A DNA stretch of 64,000 bases from a virus. Where the stretch lies: the IMG/VR virus record IMGVR_UViG_3300030106_006452, positions 1-64,000 of that record; one strand, written 5' to 3'. The position numbers were made by a program, and so were the translations under genes. Below, in pieces: positions 38,203 to 47,889 of the stretch. The notes beneath the pieces were generated by a model, which searched no databases, was not told where the DNA came from, and saw only the letters and a list, made by a program, of their open reading frames with translations. The number at the start of each line of letters is the position of its first letter. Position 1 is the stretch's first letter.

Positions 38203-39438
38203 CTATTTCAATCCTGCCAAACGCTTCATCCTATCGGAAAATGCGTCTGTTTTGGGTTTTACCTCTTTTCGAGGAATAAACGCTGAAGAGCTACGTGTTA
38301 CAACTTCGTTCAGTGATTCTTGCTTTCTAGTCTTTTTAGACTTTAAGCCCACCGCACTTTGAAGAGTTTCAAAAATTATTTTTGCTTCTTCAACTGTAGT
38401 TGCATTTGAGACAGCTTCGACAATTTTATCTTTTTGTCGCTCATTCAAGGAGATGCTATTTAAAATGCGATTTTGGTAGAGCAGTTTGGCATTAGACAAA
38501 TTGCTCTTGTCTAACTTTTCCTTTAATTGCTCAATGACTGTGCCATATTTTTGTACTTTATTTTCTAACAACTGGACTTTGTTGTTGATTTTTGTTTGTT
38601 CTCTTAAGAGAGTTTTGTTTTCTTTTTGTAGAAGTCTAGATTCTTTTTGCATGTGCTTTCGAAGTTGAGGAGGTACCTTGGAATAATCTTTATCTTTTTT
38701 ATCCTCGCCGCCTTCTTTTTCCTTTTTATCTTTTTGGGCTTTTGAAATAGGCTCTTTTGTATCACCATCACCATCTACATCAGGAAAGTCTGGCTTTTTC
38801 TCCTCTTCAAGATCCTCGACCTCTTCTAGTGTGTCAACAGGCGTTGCTGAAGTGGCTGCAGCAGATTTTGCTTCTGCATCTTCTTCAGCGGCTTCTGCTT
38901 TTTCTACGTCTGCTGTGCTGTCAGCAAGATCTGGACCTAGCTCCTCGTTAAGAATATCTTTGATCACTTCCATAAGATCTGTTTCATCAAGTTCAATTTC
39001 TTCATCAAGATCCTCTTCTTCTAGGAGATCATTGATATCTTCATCAAGTTCAATCTCCTCGTCAAGATCTTCTTCTGTTAGGGCAGCAATTTCCTCGGCT
39101 ACCTCCTCACGCTCTAGCATATCAGATGGGTCCAATGCTCCCTCGGCCATTTCTTCGGCCATCATTTCTTCTAGCTTGTCTAAGTTTATTTCTACAATGT
39201 CATCTTCTTCTGCTAACTGCGCTGATGGGAGATCTTCAACTATCGAAACGTCACCATCATCAGTAACCTCTAAAGCAACTTCGTCTTCTTCTAAAGTGTC
39301 TTCTTGCTCCAAAATGGCATTAACAGCCTCTTTAATTTCAGTCTGATACTTTTCAATTACCGCCTCTTCAGCAGTTCTTTGAGCAGTTTCTTTTAGTTGC
39401 TCGGCGTCAATAATAGCTTGTTCTAACATTGAGGACAT
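38203..39438 (-). CDS. prohead core scaffold protein (gp22-like)
   Basis: Very acidic with coiled-coil; ends DRMKRLAGL; directly upstream of capsid gene. Confidence 0.75.
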   Translation of the reverse strand: MSSMLEQAIIDAEQLKETAQRTAEEAVIEKYQTEIKEAVNAILEQEDTLEEDEVALEVTDDGDVSIVEDLPSAQLAEEDDIVEINLDKLEEMMAEEMAEGALDPSDMLEREEVAEEIAALTEEDLDEEIELDEDINDLLEEEDLDEEIELDETDLMEVIKDILNEELGPDLADSTADVEKAEAAEEDAEAKSAAATSATPVDTLEEVEDLEEEKKPDFPDVDGDGDTKEPISKAQKDKKEKEGGEDKKDKDYSKVPPQLRKHMQKESRLLQKENKTLLREQTKINNKVQLLENKVQKYGTVIEQLKEKLDKSNLSNAKLLYQNRILNSISLNERQKDKIVEAVSNATTVEEAKIIFETLQSAVGLKSKKTRKQESLNEVVTRSSSAFIPRKEVKPKTDAFSDRMKRLAGLK

Positions 39439-39463
39439 ACAAATCTCCTTTTCTAACTAACAT

Positions 39464-39470
39464 TAATTAG
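39464..39470 (-). promoter_or_regulatory. putative late promoter motif CTAATTA
   Basis: Upstream of scaffold-capsid operon. Confidence 0.6.
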
Positions 39471-39489
39471 TTATTAAAATACTAAAATC

Positions 39490-39732
39490 CTATTTTTGTC
39501 TTTGTTCTTCGCGTAGTTGGCGCTCTCGGTTAAGTTTTTGCAGTAGTCTTTTTTTTCTTAATTTCTCTCGCCTTCTTTTAACTGAGGGTTTTTCATAACG
39601 TTTTTTTGATAAAACTTTTTCAATCACGCGTTCATTTTTTACTTTTTTAATGAACCGTCTAATCATTTTTTCTGCAGGTTCATCTCGGTGTCTTGGTTTA
39701 ACCTCGACGTGAATCGGTCTTTTGTTTCCCAT
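39490..39732 (-). CDS. rpsU: ribosomal protein bS21
   Basis: VEV...EKMIRRFIKKV....I....KKRYEKPSVKRRREK; start ATG 39732 with GAGG SD. Confidence 0.85.
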   Translation of the reverse strand: MGNKRPIHVEVKPRHRDEPAEKMIRRFIKKVKNERVIEKVLSKKRYEKPSVKRRREKLRKKRLLQKLNRERQLREEQRQK

Positions 39733-39740
39733 AATAACCT

Positions 39741-40160
39741 CTAAATCATCTTGGACCAATCGCGGTTAGCGACTGCCATTATACCAGCGATGTCCACGCC
39801 GGCGTCACTTGGTGCAACACCGCTCAGTGCACCGGCTTGGCCATTGGAAGGATCTGCTGCTTCTTCTATTGGCTCTGTCCCGCTAAAAACATCTACACCA
39901 AAACCAGCAGCATCTAATAGTTTTCTTTTTTGGGCCTTCATCATTTCATACTTTTGTTCTTGCAACTCTTGACGCTGCTGTTTCATAAGTTTATTTTCCT
40001 GCATTACAGGTCTTTGCTGTACTGGAGGGTGTTGCAAGGGCTGGATGCCTTTTACAACCTCTGAAATGATACTAGATAATAAACCTTTTTCTAAAAGAAC
40101 TTCGTTTAGGCATTCTTCTACGATAGGCTTGATAACTCTTTTTAATTGTGATTTTTTCAT
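39741..40160 (-). CDS. hypothetical head-region protein
   Basis: Start MKKSQLKRVIKPIVEECLNEVLLE after GAGG SD. Confidence 0.7.
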   Translation of the reverse strand: MKKSQLKRVIKPIVEECLNEVLLEKGLLSSIISEVVKGIQPLQHPPVQQRPVMQENKLMKQQRQELQEQKYEMMKAQKRKLLDAAGFGVDVFSGTEPIEEAADPSNGQAGALSGVAPSDAGVDIAGIMAVANRDWSKMI

Positions 40161-40161
40161 T

Positions 40162-40893
40162 TTACCTCTTGAAGTTTTTGATCTCTTCTCTGATAATCTG
40201 CTTAACATCTTCTTTTGTTATCTTAGACTCGCTGAAAGCATCTCTGGTTTTCATTGCATACTTTTCTCGCTGTTCTTTTGCAGCAGCGTCTCTTTCTGCT
40301 TTGATTCTTCTTTCTCTTTCTTCAGCATCTAGGACGCTTGTGGTGCCAAGATAAGCATCGCCTTGTTGGGCGAAATATTTCATCTTATCAAGAAACAGAT
40401 CAAGAGATTTTTTTAAGTTGCCGCCAAGAACCCCTTCGGCCTCATAGTAAAAACCACCTGGTCTAAGCTGTTTCTTTATATATTTTTCAATAGCTATCTC
40501 AACACCAACGGAGCCGCGATAACTGCCTTTTGGATTTATACCAAGCTGTTGAGATCCATCTAAGATAAAATATTCATTGCCGGTGGCTGGAGCTATCTGC
40601 AGTTGTGCTCTCATCGCACGATATACTGCTTTTGCATAGTTCTTTAAACCCATACCTTTCATAAATCCATCTAGATCTTTAAGAATGTTTTTCATTTCCT
40701 CGCGTGAGGCTGCATCTGCGGCTGCTCTTTCAGCATCCTTAGCAGCTTTTCTTGCTGCTCTGTTCTCTGGCGATTCTGGATCTTCTGGATCTTCTTTTTT
40801 GCCGCCGAACATTCCTTTAAGTCTGTCCATAAAACTTTGTTCGCTGAGTTCTTCTCTGATTATCTGTTTGAGCTGTTTTTGTGTAATCTTCAT
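40162..40893 (-). CDS. putative internal head protein with KITxxxLKQIIREEL motif at both ends
   Basis: N-terminal MKITQKQLKQIIREELSE and C-terminal SKITKEDVKQIIREEIK. Confidence 0.6.
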   Translation of the reverse strand: MKITQKQLKQIIREELSEQSFMDRLKGMFGGKKEDPEDPESPENRAARKAAKDAERAAADAASREEMKNILKDLDGFMKGMGLKNYAKAVYRAMRAQLQIAPATGNEYFILDGSQQLGINPKGSYRGSVGVEIAIEKYIKKQLRPGGFYYEAEGVLGGNLKKSLDLFLDKMKYFAQQGDAYLGTTSVLDAEERERRIKAERDAAAKEQREKYAMKTRDAFSESKITKEDVKQIIREEIKNFKR

Positions 40894-41547
40894 TTAATTT
40901 TGTCCCCTTAAGATTTCGTTTAATACGCGATTGATTCTATCGCCTTTTGTAAAAAATTCTTTTGACTTGTTTTCAGACATGCGAAGCTTTACTCCACCAT
41001 TTACACCATCCATAACATAAGCGCCTGGGGATGAAGGTTCTGAAACAGCATCAAAACAAATAAGTTGTAAGTCGTCTTGTACGACTTGAATAGAGTTTCC
41101 ATATTCGTCGCGACTCTCTTGAAGCGAACCCATTGCTCTTGATGAAAATCCAAAAAGAACACCGCTTTCATACAAGCCACGCAAAATATCACCAGAAGGT
41201 GTTTTAAGAACTTTTACGGTTCCCAATACACTATCACCATCCCAATACATTCTTGTTATCATATGGGATGCGTTTTTAAGATTAATAACTGAATCATCTG
41301 GATGATCACACTCGCCCAATGCGCGGTTCTCTTGAATCAACTTTTGATAATTCTTGACTTCTCTTTCCAGAACGTCTCGCGGATAAGTTCTACCATTACC
41401 ATTTCTTACATTACATTGCTGTAGTTTTGCAGGAAACACAAGAAATCCTTGATTAATCATGTTTTTTTCACCCTCTGTTAAAAGGTCGCGACAACCTCTG
41501 TCGTCACATTTAAGTTCAAAAAATTCTCGTAAAAGTTGTTTTGCCAT
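40894..41547 (-). CDS. prohead maturation protease (gp21-like)
   Basis: NGNGRTYP, ALGECDHP, ASH, TPSG, GFSSRAMGS, FDAVSEPS. Confidence 0.92.
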   Translation of the reverse strand: MAKQLLREFFELKCDDRGCRDLLTEGEKNMINQGFLVFPAKLQQCNVRNGNGRTYPRDVLEREVKNYQKLIQENRALGECDHPDDSVINLKNASHMITRMYWDGDSVLGTVKVLKTPSGDILRGLYESGVLFGFSSRAMGSLQESRDEYGNSIQVVQDDLQLICFDAVSEPSSPGAYVMDGVNGGVKLRMSENKSKEFFTKGDRINRVLNEILRGQN

Positions 41548-41647
41548 TATTAATCCTTATAGCGGGCGCTACCCGCTCGCCTATCGATCCGCTGCAGCAG
41601 CGACGAACAGGTTGCAGTTTCCATTTTAAAGTCCATTCGTTACGCAT
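41516..41647 (-). CDS. 43-aa small ORF (WKLQPVRRCCSGS) overlapping the protease start
   Basis: AAGGAG SD, 5 nt, ATG; translated by hand. Confidence 0.5.
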   Translation of the reverse strand: MRNEWTLKWKLQPVRRCCSGSIGERVAPAIRINNGKTTFTRIF

Positions 41648-41649
41648 TT

Positions 41650-41958
41650 TTACTCCTTTTGATTTACTTTTAAACCAAAGTCATTTACGAGCATTGCCAA
41701 TAAATAACTTGTTCCAGAGGACAAACATCCTAAAAGAAAAGCATTTATTAAACTATAGTCAAATGTAAATAGTTCTGTAAAAGGGTTTATGCTCCATAAA
41801 AACACTCCGGCCCAAAAACCAAAGCACAGGGGGCACCTATAAAGCTTTCCGTAGAACCCTGCTTTATCCATTAGCTGCCTAAATCTTTCGAATATAGAGC
41901 CGTAAACAACAATCATTGTTAGGCCATAAGCGCACAAAATAAAATGTAATAAATTCAT
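41650..41958 (-). CDS. small membrane protein (DUF1360-like)
   Basis: Three hydrophobic segments and LYRCPLCFGFWAG. Confidence 0.65.
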   Translation of the reverse strand: MNLLHFILCAYGLTMIVVYGSIFERFRQLMDKAGFYGKLYRCPLCFGFWAGVFLWSINPFTELFTFDYSLINAFLLGCLSSGTSYLLAMLVNDFGLKVNQKE

Positions 41959-41970
41959 TTATTCCTCGTA

Positions 41971-42522
41971 TTAATAGCCGACAAGACCATAGGCAGCGGT
42001 TGAACCTGGATAAGTGTTATTAGTGCCTTGTCTTGGTTCGTGGGGGATTTTTCCTAGTCGGGTAGTGTCTTCATCAGATGGCTCTGTTAAAGCTTTATCA
42101 AAATTGTCTTCATAATCTTTATAAGCTCTTACACCAGGAGCCTCTTTGTGAAGAAACTTAGCGATTGAATATACGGTAACATCTATAGGGCTGACATCTT
42201 TTTGTTTTTCTTCTGGTATAAGTATTGTTCCCTCTAAAGACCCGAAAACGTTGCCGCCTCTAACTTTACCAGGATCAACGACCCCGTGCTTTGAAAGATA
42301 TTCAAACATTCTTGATTGTGTCGCGTATACGTGATCACCGTAGCGGTCTTTGGAAAGTGCAAAAATTTTATTTTTTGATGGCGAAACAAGTATGTCAATA
42401 TCTGGATGGTCAAAAATCATAATGTCGCCGGCCATAGTCTTTCTAGCTTTCAATTCAACCACCGCATCAGGTTTATCTATTTTAATGCGAACTGGTTTTT
42501 TATTATCTATAGTAATTTTCAT
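41971..42522 (-). CDS. hypothetical head-region protein
   Basis: 183-aa ORF translationally coupled to its neighbour. Confidence 0.7.
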   Translation of the reverse strand: MKITIDNKKPVRIKIDKPDAVVELKARKTMAGDIMIFDHPDIDILVSPSKNKIFALSKDRYGDHVYATQSRMFEYLSKHGVVDPGKVRGGNVFGSLEGTILIPEEKQKDVSPIDVTVYSIAKFLHKEAPGVRAYKDYEDNFDKALTEPSDEDTTRLGKIPHEPRQGTNNTYPGSTAAYGLVGY

Positions 42523-43334
42523 TATGATACAATCTCTTTTTCAAGCTGTTGAATTTGTAAAACACTATAGAGTGTTTTTTTACTCATTGGTTCTTTATTA
42601 ATATTTTCTAAAATATTTTGCACTTTTTTAAGATTTTCTTTTATATTGTCATCGCTCTTCGATTCATCTAGTGTCTGAGCATTGGCCACAACTTCTGTTA
42701 ATCGGCCGATCTCTTCACTTAAATAAAAGTTAAATTCTAAGCCGTTATCGGCAAAAGAAGAAATATACTTAGAAAGTAGTTGCTTTTGACTTTCAAGTAG
42801 TGTAGAGTAGGAATCATTAAATCTTTTAGTAAACGTCTTGACAACCAGCGAGGACACTTGTGGGGTTTGTGTTTCTTTTGTTGGACTAGAGGTCAAGCGT
42901 TCGACTACTTTTGTTTCTAAAAGCACTTTTGTTTTTGGGGAGCTGACTGACCCGAATACTTGTGAAATAGTTGCGAGATATTTGTAATTTGGTACAAAGT
43001 TATTAAACACATCTTTCGAAAGCTGTTTATTAATTTTTGATATAGCAATACTTTGCTCTTTGAAAAGTTGTTCCTGGTTGAGAAAACTATGTTGATTTTT
43101 TGTTTCGATAAGAATTTTCTCTGCGATGTTTTCTTTTAAATTATTGTTTTCTAATAGAGTTTTGTAAAGCTCCAACTCTTTTCGTAGTTGTGTCTTTGGA
43201 GCAAACACCTCTTTCATAATTTGAATGGCAGCATTTCTTTTTTTATTGTCTTTTGCAACCGATTGTTTTACAATCTCACGAACTAATGCCTCGTAAATGA
43301 AGGCAGTGTTTCTTTTTTTATTATGCTTTGCCAT
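42522..43334 (-). CDS. hypothetical protein following portal
   Basis: 270-aa ORF starting KHNKKRNT; coupled to portal stop (TAATG). Confidence 0.7.
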   Translation of the reverse strand: MAKHNKKRNTAFIYEALVREIVKQSVAKDNKKRNAAIQIMKEVFAPKTQLRKELELYKTLLENNNLKENIAEKILIETKNQHSFLNQEQLFKEQSIAISKINKQLSKDVFNNFVPNYKYLATISQVFGSVSSPKTKVLLETKVVERLTSSPTKETQTPQVSSLVVKTFTKRFNDSYSTLLESQKQLLSKYISSFADNGLEFNFYLSEEIGRLTEVVANAQTLDESKSDDNIKENLKKVQNILENINKEPMSKKTLYSVLQIQQLEKEIVS

Positions 43335-45346
43335 TAACTTTGCTCCAAATCTTTAAAGATTTCTTTTATCTCATCTCTAACTTCGAAGATTTGTTTTTCC
43401 TCTTCTTCGTAATTAGTTGTTTTATTCTCAAAAATGCCTTTGCTAATAGACTTGAAAGAATCAAGGCCAAGCATAGCTCTGGCATTTTTTGATAAATTCA
43501 TTCTTATTTGTCTATCTGGCATTCTTGAAATCTCATGAGAGTGATCTGCTTTTATAGAGCGTTTACGAGCCCCATCGTGTCGTTTATCTGTTTTTACAGG
43601 TGTGTACTTTTTACCTTTTGACTTCGTAGTTGTAGTTTCACCAGTTTTCTTATTGGTTATTTTATAGTTTGGCTCATCATCTCGTTTTCCTAGCGGTTCA
43701 TCGCCACCTACATCGCCCCCAGGTTCAGCAAGCAGAGTTGCATCATCGGCGCCGACATCAGCCGCAGGTTCGGCCGCTGGGTCATCGCCTCCAAGATCCC
43801 CTAGATCTTCGCCACCTAAATCACCACCACCGAGGTCGTCATCTCCAAGATCACCACCACCAAGATCGCCAAGACCACCACCGGTATCTGTAGCTGCTGA
43901 CTCTTCAGCAACTTGCTCAAGGGCAGTTGCAATTTGTCTGTCGTAGAATATTTCTCTCTGATTGCGTAAGAACTCATCTTCTGATACATCAAAAATATTC
44001 TCAGCAATCCAACGTTTTGAGAAATAACCCTCTGTTGCTGCCGAAGCCACGCTAAACTTCGTGTTCCAAGTTTCAAGCTCTTGTAGTTCAGAAATCTTTG
44101 AAGGATTGTTAAGTTTTAGTTTAAAATTAATTAAGTCATCACCGCGATAACCAAGAACATAAAGATGAATGGTAGCTATTTTTTCCATCTCTGATATAAG
44201 AGATCGCTGCAGTCTTTGCACTGTTCTGGCAAAGCGAATGTCTTTCTGCGCTAGGGCTCCTTTTTCCTCTTCTCCACCCTCTCCTCTTACAAGATAGGAC
44301 TGTGGTATTTTAAGAGCAGAAAACATTTTATCTCGTAAATACTTTACATCGTCGATATCGCCCGTAAAAGACCCACCTGGAAGAGATTGAATTTCAGTTT
44401 TAACCCCACCACGAACAGGAATAAAATAATCTTCTTCGACAGACATTGGGTTATAACGAAGGTCGACTTTTCCTGTATCTGGATCGACAACTTGATTTCT
44501 CTTCATTGAGGTAATAAAACGCTGCATAAAGTTTTCTACATCTTGTGCTGGGATGTTCCCAACATCTACATAAAACACTTTTCTTTCTGGTGATCTAACA
44601 ATGCGATAGGCCATCATTGCGTCCTCAAGAAGTGTTAATTGTCTCCAGATTCTACGAGCAGGATCTAATATTGAAGTTCCGTAAGGTGCAAATTTATCGT
44701 TTCCCAGAATACGAAAGTGGGCTATTTGCCAATTTTCAAAAGTGACACCTGCGCTGTTCCATTGAAACTGAACATAATTAGGATTTTGTTTGTCTTCGCC
44801 TTCAAGTCTCTCTATATCGCGAGACGGAAGGCCAATAACGTTTTTAACACCCAAATGTGAATCAATATCCATATAGAGATAAAAATCACCATATTTGCAC
44901 ATTGTTCTCGCCCAGCCGAAAAGATTAAATTCAATGTTCAAAACTTTATAATATAAGGTTTCTAAAATTTGTTTTATCTCTTCGTCTTGACATTGAATTT
45001 TCAACATTCTATTATAAACGTTAAATGTAGTCATTTCATCTGCAAATATATCTAGGGCAGATGCTAACTCTGGTGTGTATTCCATTTGCTCAAAGTCAGA
45101 ATAGCGAACGTTACGACTTTGCGTACTCATATTATAGTTTGAAAAGTTATCTAAGGGGTTATAACCAGATCTCTCAAATTTTTGACCGGCCACATCTTTA
45201 AAGGTATTAGCGTATTTATCTAGTCTTCTTCTACGAAGCTGTCTTGTATTCTGGGTTCTATAATTGATAATAGGACCAGAAAACAAACGAGTTAATCTTT
45301 TAAAAAGTGGTGAGTCTGTGTTTTTGGTGTTTTCGTTTCCTGCCAT
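43334..45346 (-). CDS. portal protein (gp20-like)
   Basis: PELASALDIFADE, LLEDAMMAYRIVRSPERKVFYVDVGN, EDYFIP, DDVKY..KMF.ALKIP. Confidence 0.93.
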   Translation of the reverse strand: MAGNENTKNTDSPLFKRLTRLFSGPIINYRTQNTRQLRRRRLDKYANTFKDVAGQKFERSGYNPLDNFSNYNMSTQSRNVRYSDFEQMEYTPELASALDIFADEMTTFNVYNRMLKIQCQDEEIKQILETLYYKVLNIEFNLFGWARTMCKYGDFYLYMDIDSHLGVKNVIGLPSRDIERLEGEDKQNPNYVQFQWNSAGVTFENWQIAHFRILGNDKFAPYGTSILDPARRIWRQLTLLEDAMMAYRIVRSPERKVFYVDVGNIPAQDVENFMQRFITSMKRNQVVDPDTGKVDLRYNPMSVEEDYFIPVRGGVKTEIQSLPGGSFTGDIDDVKYLRDKMFSALKIPQSYLVRGEGGEEEKGALAQKDIRFARTVQRLQRSLISEMEKIATIHLYVLGYRGDDLINFKLKLNNPSKISELQELETWNTKFSVASAATEGYFSKRWIAENIFDVSEDEFLRNQREIFYDRQIATALEQVAEESAATDTGGGLGDLGGGDLGDDDLGGGDLGGEDLGDLGGDDPAAEPAADVGADDATLLAEPGGDVGGDEPLGKRDDEPNYKITNKKTGETTTTKSKGKKYTPVKTDKRHDGARKRSIKADHSHEISRMPDRQIRMNLSKNARAMLGLDSFKSISKGIFENKTTNYEEEEKQIFEVRDEIKEIFKDLEQS
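43780..43885 (-). repeat. GGGDL/GDL low-complexity repeats in portal C-terminal tail
   Basis: GGGLGDLGGGDLGDDDLGGGDLGGEDLGDLGGDD. Confidence 0.75.
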
Positions 45347-45349
45347 TTT

Positions 45350-46927
45350 TTATCCCTTAAATATCCAAGAAAAATCTTTTCTTATTTTTTGTTCTTCTTC
45401 ATACCTTTCGCGTAAAGAAGCTTTATACTGACCAGGGGCTCTAGTGTCTAAATTAGTTCTGCTGGTCGTTATGCTGTTTAGAAAAGCTTTTTTATATTCA
45501 ACATCTCGTTGATTTTCTATAATCGCTGTATCTCTAACCCAACAACCAATTGCTGCAGCCATAACCAAGTCGTCGTTATAACCTCGCTGTGCCTCCGGTC
45601 TTCCGTTTTTCCAAATAAACGTGTCTAACTCGTTTGCTAAACGTTTAGAATAAATAGTCAAAACTTTGTTTCTTATGAACTCTTCAAACTTTGCTATTAT
45701 TAAAGGTCTTGTTTTGAGAGATGTAGTGAAACCAGGGACAACAGATGAATCCCCCAAAGCAGCGTATTGTTCCACATACTGATGAGAGCCTTTTTTACTA
45801 TGATAAACATTTTTATATCCCTTTTCTAAAATCTTTTCTAGTACGCTGAAGCCTACATTGTTGTTTTCCACAACAAGCATTGCCTCTTTATATTCTAACC
45901 CAGTTGTATAAAGTATTTCAGAAAAAAGGTCTGAAGTTGGTTTTCCTTTGTATTCCGCAACTATTTCCATTGTTTGAAGTTTGAAAACGTGAAAGGTGCT
46001 TGAGTCTGCCCCGTCGCCGCGGGCCACATCTGCAACTAATAAGTAACTATGCCCCTCTTGTGCCTCCTCCCAAATCCAAGTGTTTCTATCAAAACCAACT
46101 TTATACTTTGGTTCTGATATTCCCTCTTTTATTCTTAATATATCATCTCCGTGAATAACAGTATCACCTGAAGTATTAAAGTTACACTCATACTCTTGTG
46201 CTATTTGACGACGAGACATATTTTTAGTTTCTATTTTGAACCATTCGTCATCCCTATCAGGATGAACTGCCCAAGGTAAGTTCACTGGAAGGAACTCATT
46301 TTCTCCGCTCTCTGCTCCTACAAATGTCTCGTGAAACCAATCTCCTACACCATTTGGAGTTGAGATGGCGATACAGCGACCACCAGTAGAAATTGTAGGA
46401 TAAAGACCAGTCCAAAGTTCATCTAGACCGTCAATGTGTGCGGCCTCATCAATAACGAGAAGCGACAAAGCTTCCGAACGACCAGCATCACCAGATGTCG
46501 AAGACGCCTTGACCTGGCTTCCGTTTGTGAGTTCAATACTGTTTTTATTATCTACGCTAAAGTTTGCTATTTTCAACCAGGGAGGTAAATTTTTAAGAAT
46601 AGTTTTCACCTTCTTTACTAAATTTGCTGCAGTTTGCAATTTTGTTGCAACTATAAGAACGTTCTTGTCTCGATGAAAAAGAACCAACCAAGCAACATAA
46701 GCAGCAGTAATAGTCGAAATACCTAGTTGTCGTGCTTTTAAAACAACAATAAAACGATGTAGTGCAAGGTTGTCTACCAAATCTGCTTGGAAATCATAGG
46801 TTTTAAATGGAATGAGGCCCTTACCTGGGTGGGGTATTTTACAATAAGTGTTAATAAAATAAACTGGTTTTTTACCAGACTTTATAACCTCTTTTACTAT
46901 TTTTTCTTTTGTAAGTTTGTAAGCCAT
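45350..46927 (-). CDS. terL: terminase large subunit (gp17-like)
   Basis: KARQLGIST, GRS, LVIDEAAHI, ISTPNG, ADVARGDGAD, NDDLVMA. Confidence 0.93.
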   Translation of the reverse strand: MAYKLTKEKIVKEVIKSGKKPVYFINTYCKIPHPGKGLIPFKTYDFQADLVDNLALHRFIVVLKARQLGISTITAAYVAWLVLFHRDKNVLIVATKLQTAANLVKKVKTILKNLPPWLKIANFSVDNKNSIELTNGSQVKASSTSGDAGRSEALSLLVIDEAAHIDGLDELWTGLYPTISTGGRCIAISTPNGVGDWFHETFVGAESGENEFLPVNLPWAVHPDRDDEWFKIETKNMSRRQIAQEYECNFNTSGDTVIHGDDILRIKEGISEPKYKVGFDRNTWIWEEAQEGHSYLLVADVARGDGADSSTFHVFKLQTMEIVAEYKGKPTSDLFSEILYTTGLEYKEAMLVVENNNVGFSVLEKILEKGYKNVYHSKKGSHQYVEQYAALGDSSVVPGFTTSLKTRPLIIAKFEEFIRNKVLTIYSKRLANELDTFIWKNGRPEAQRGYNDDLVMAAAIGCWVRDTAIIENQRDVEYKKAFLNSITTSRTNLDTRAPGQYKASLRERYEEEQKIRKDFSWIFKG

Positions 46928-47469
46928 TAATCATTTGGTCTGGTTACATTCTCAGGCTTCTTGTCAGAAGACTGCTCTAAAAAATTACGAAATTTGTCTT
47001 CTAGACGATCTTCTGAGGGTTCGGCAACTGGAATAATGTCTTTCATATTACCGACAGTATAAACTTTAGAGGCTTGAACCCAAGTTCTAATTTTTGACAT
47101 ATTTTGTAACATCATACCAGCAGGGCCTTCTTCAGTCAGACTTAGTGTATCGCCTGTAAGGTTTTTGTATTCTTTTTTTAGAAACTTTGCAATGTCAGCA
47201 AATGTTTGCTCTAGTTCTTCGTCTAGTTTGGTGTTATGAAAAGAAGATATAGGCATTTCAGACTGATAAGAAACAATAAGTCTTGGTCCACTCATACGAA
47301 CTTTAAAGCCATCCATCACTCTAGAATCGTTTAAAGCGCAGCCTTTTTCACGCTTAAGACCAATAGGGTCATCTTTACCATCTGTCCTAAACCGTGCATC
47401 ATGTGATCCATCATAGGCATTTGCTGCTGCCTGGTTGATTCCCTTAACAATATCATATACTGTAGCCAT
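46927..47469 (-). CDS. hypothetical protein
   Basis: 180-aa ORF coupled to terL; AGGAG SD. Confidence 0.7.
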   Translation of the reverse strand: MATVYDIVKGINQAAANAYDGSHDARFRTDGKDDPIGLKREKGCALNDSRVMDGFKVRMSGPRLIVSYQSEMPISSFHNTKLDEELEQTFADIAKFLKKEYKNLTGDTLSLTEEGPAGMMLQNMSKIRTWVQASKVYTVGNMKDIIPVAEPSEDRLEDKFRNFLEQSSDKKPENVTRPND

Positions 47470-47849
47470 TAATTTTGCTCCTTATCAGGTCGCCAGCCTT
47501 CTAACCACTCTTTCTCTTTACCCTCTACCCATTGAATGTAGCATTTTTCGCAACATTCAAATTTATTCATATAGAGATCATCTCTACCAGAGAAAGAGTA
47601 AGTATCGCAAACTGGGCAAACTCTATTTATTTCTTTATTAATTAGGTTTCTAGCAATGAAAAAGCCGTCTTCATTTATTTTGTCTTCATCTTGTTTAGAT
47701 TCTTCAGAATAAAATTCTTTCAAATCTTCTAAATATTTTTTTTCTTTGTCATCGCCCCAACCAGATTTAGGGTTAACAATCGACTCTTTTCCAAACTTTT
47801 TAGACATTGCTTTTTCTATTTTTGCAATTTGATTTAAATCTTTTTTCAT
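47469..47849 (-). CDS. Zn-binding hypothetical protein
   Basis: CPVC...CCEKC. Confidence 0.7.
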   Translation of the reverse strand: MKKDLNQIAKIEKAMSKKFGKESIVNPKSGWGDDKEKKYLEDLKEFYSEESKQDEDKINEDGFFIARNLINKEINRVCPVCDTYSFSGRDDLYMNKFECCEKCYIQWVEGKEKEWLEGWRPDKEQN

Positions 47850-47889
47850 TTATAACCTTATAGAAATAAACATTATTGTAACATTATAA

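Noticed and set aside
6151-46927. Inteins or introns in nrdJ, helicase, recA or terL
   Set aside because: Protein lengths are normal and motifs are contiguous; no intein or homing endonuclease signatures seen
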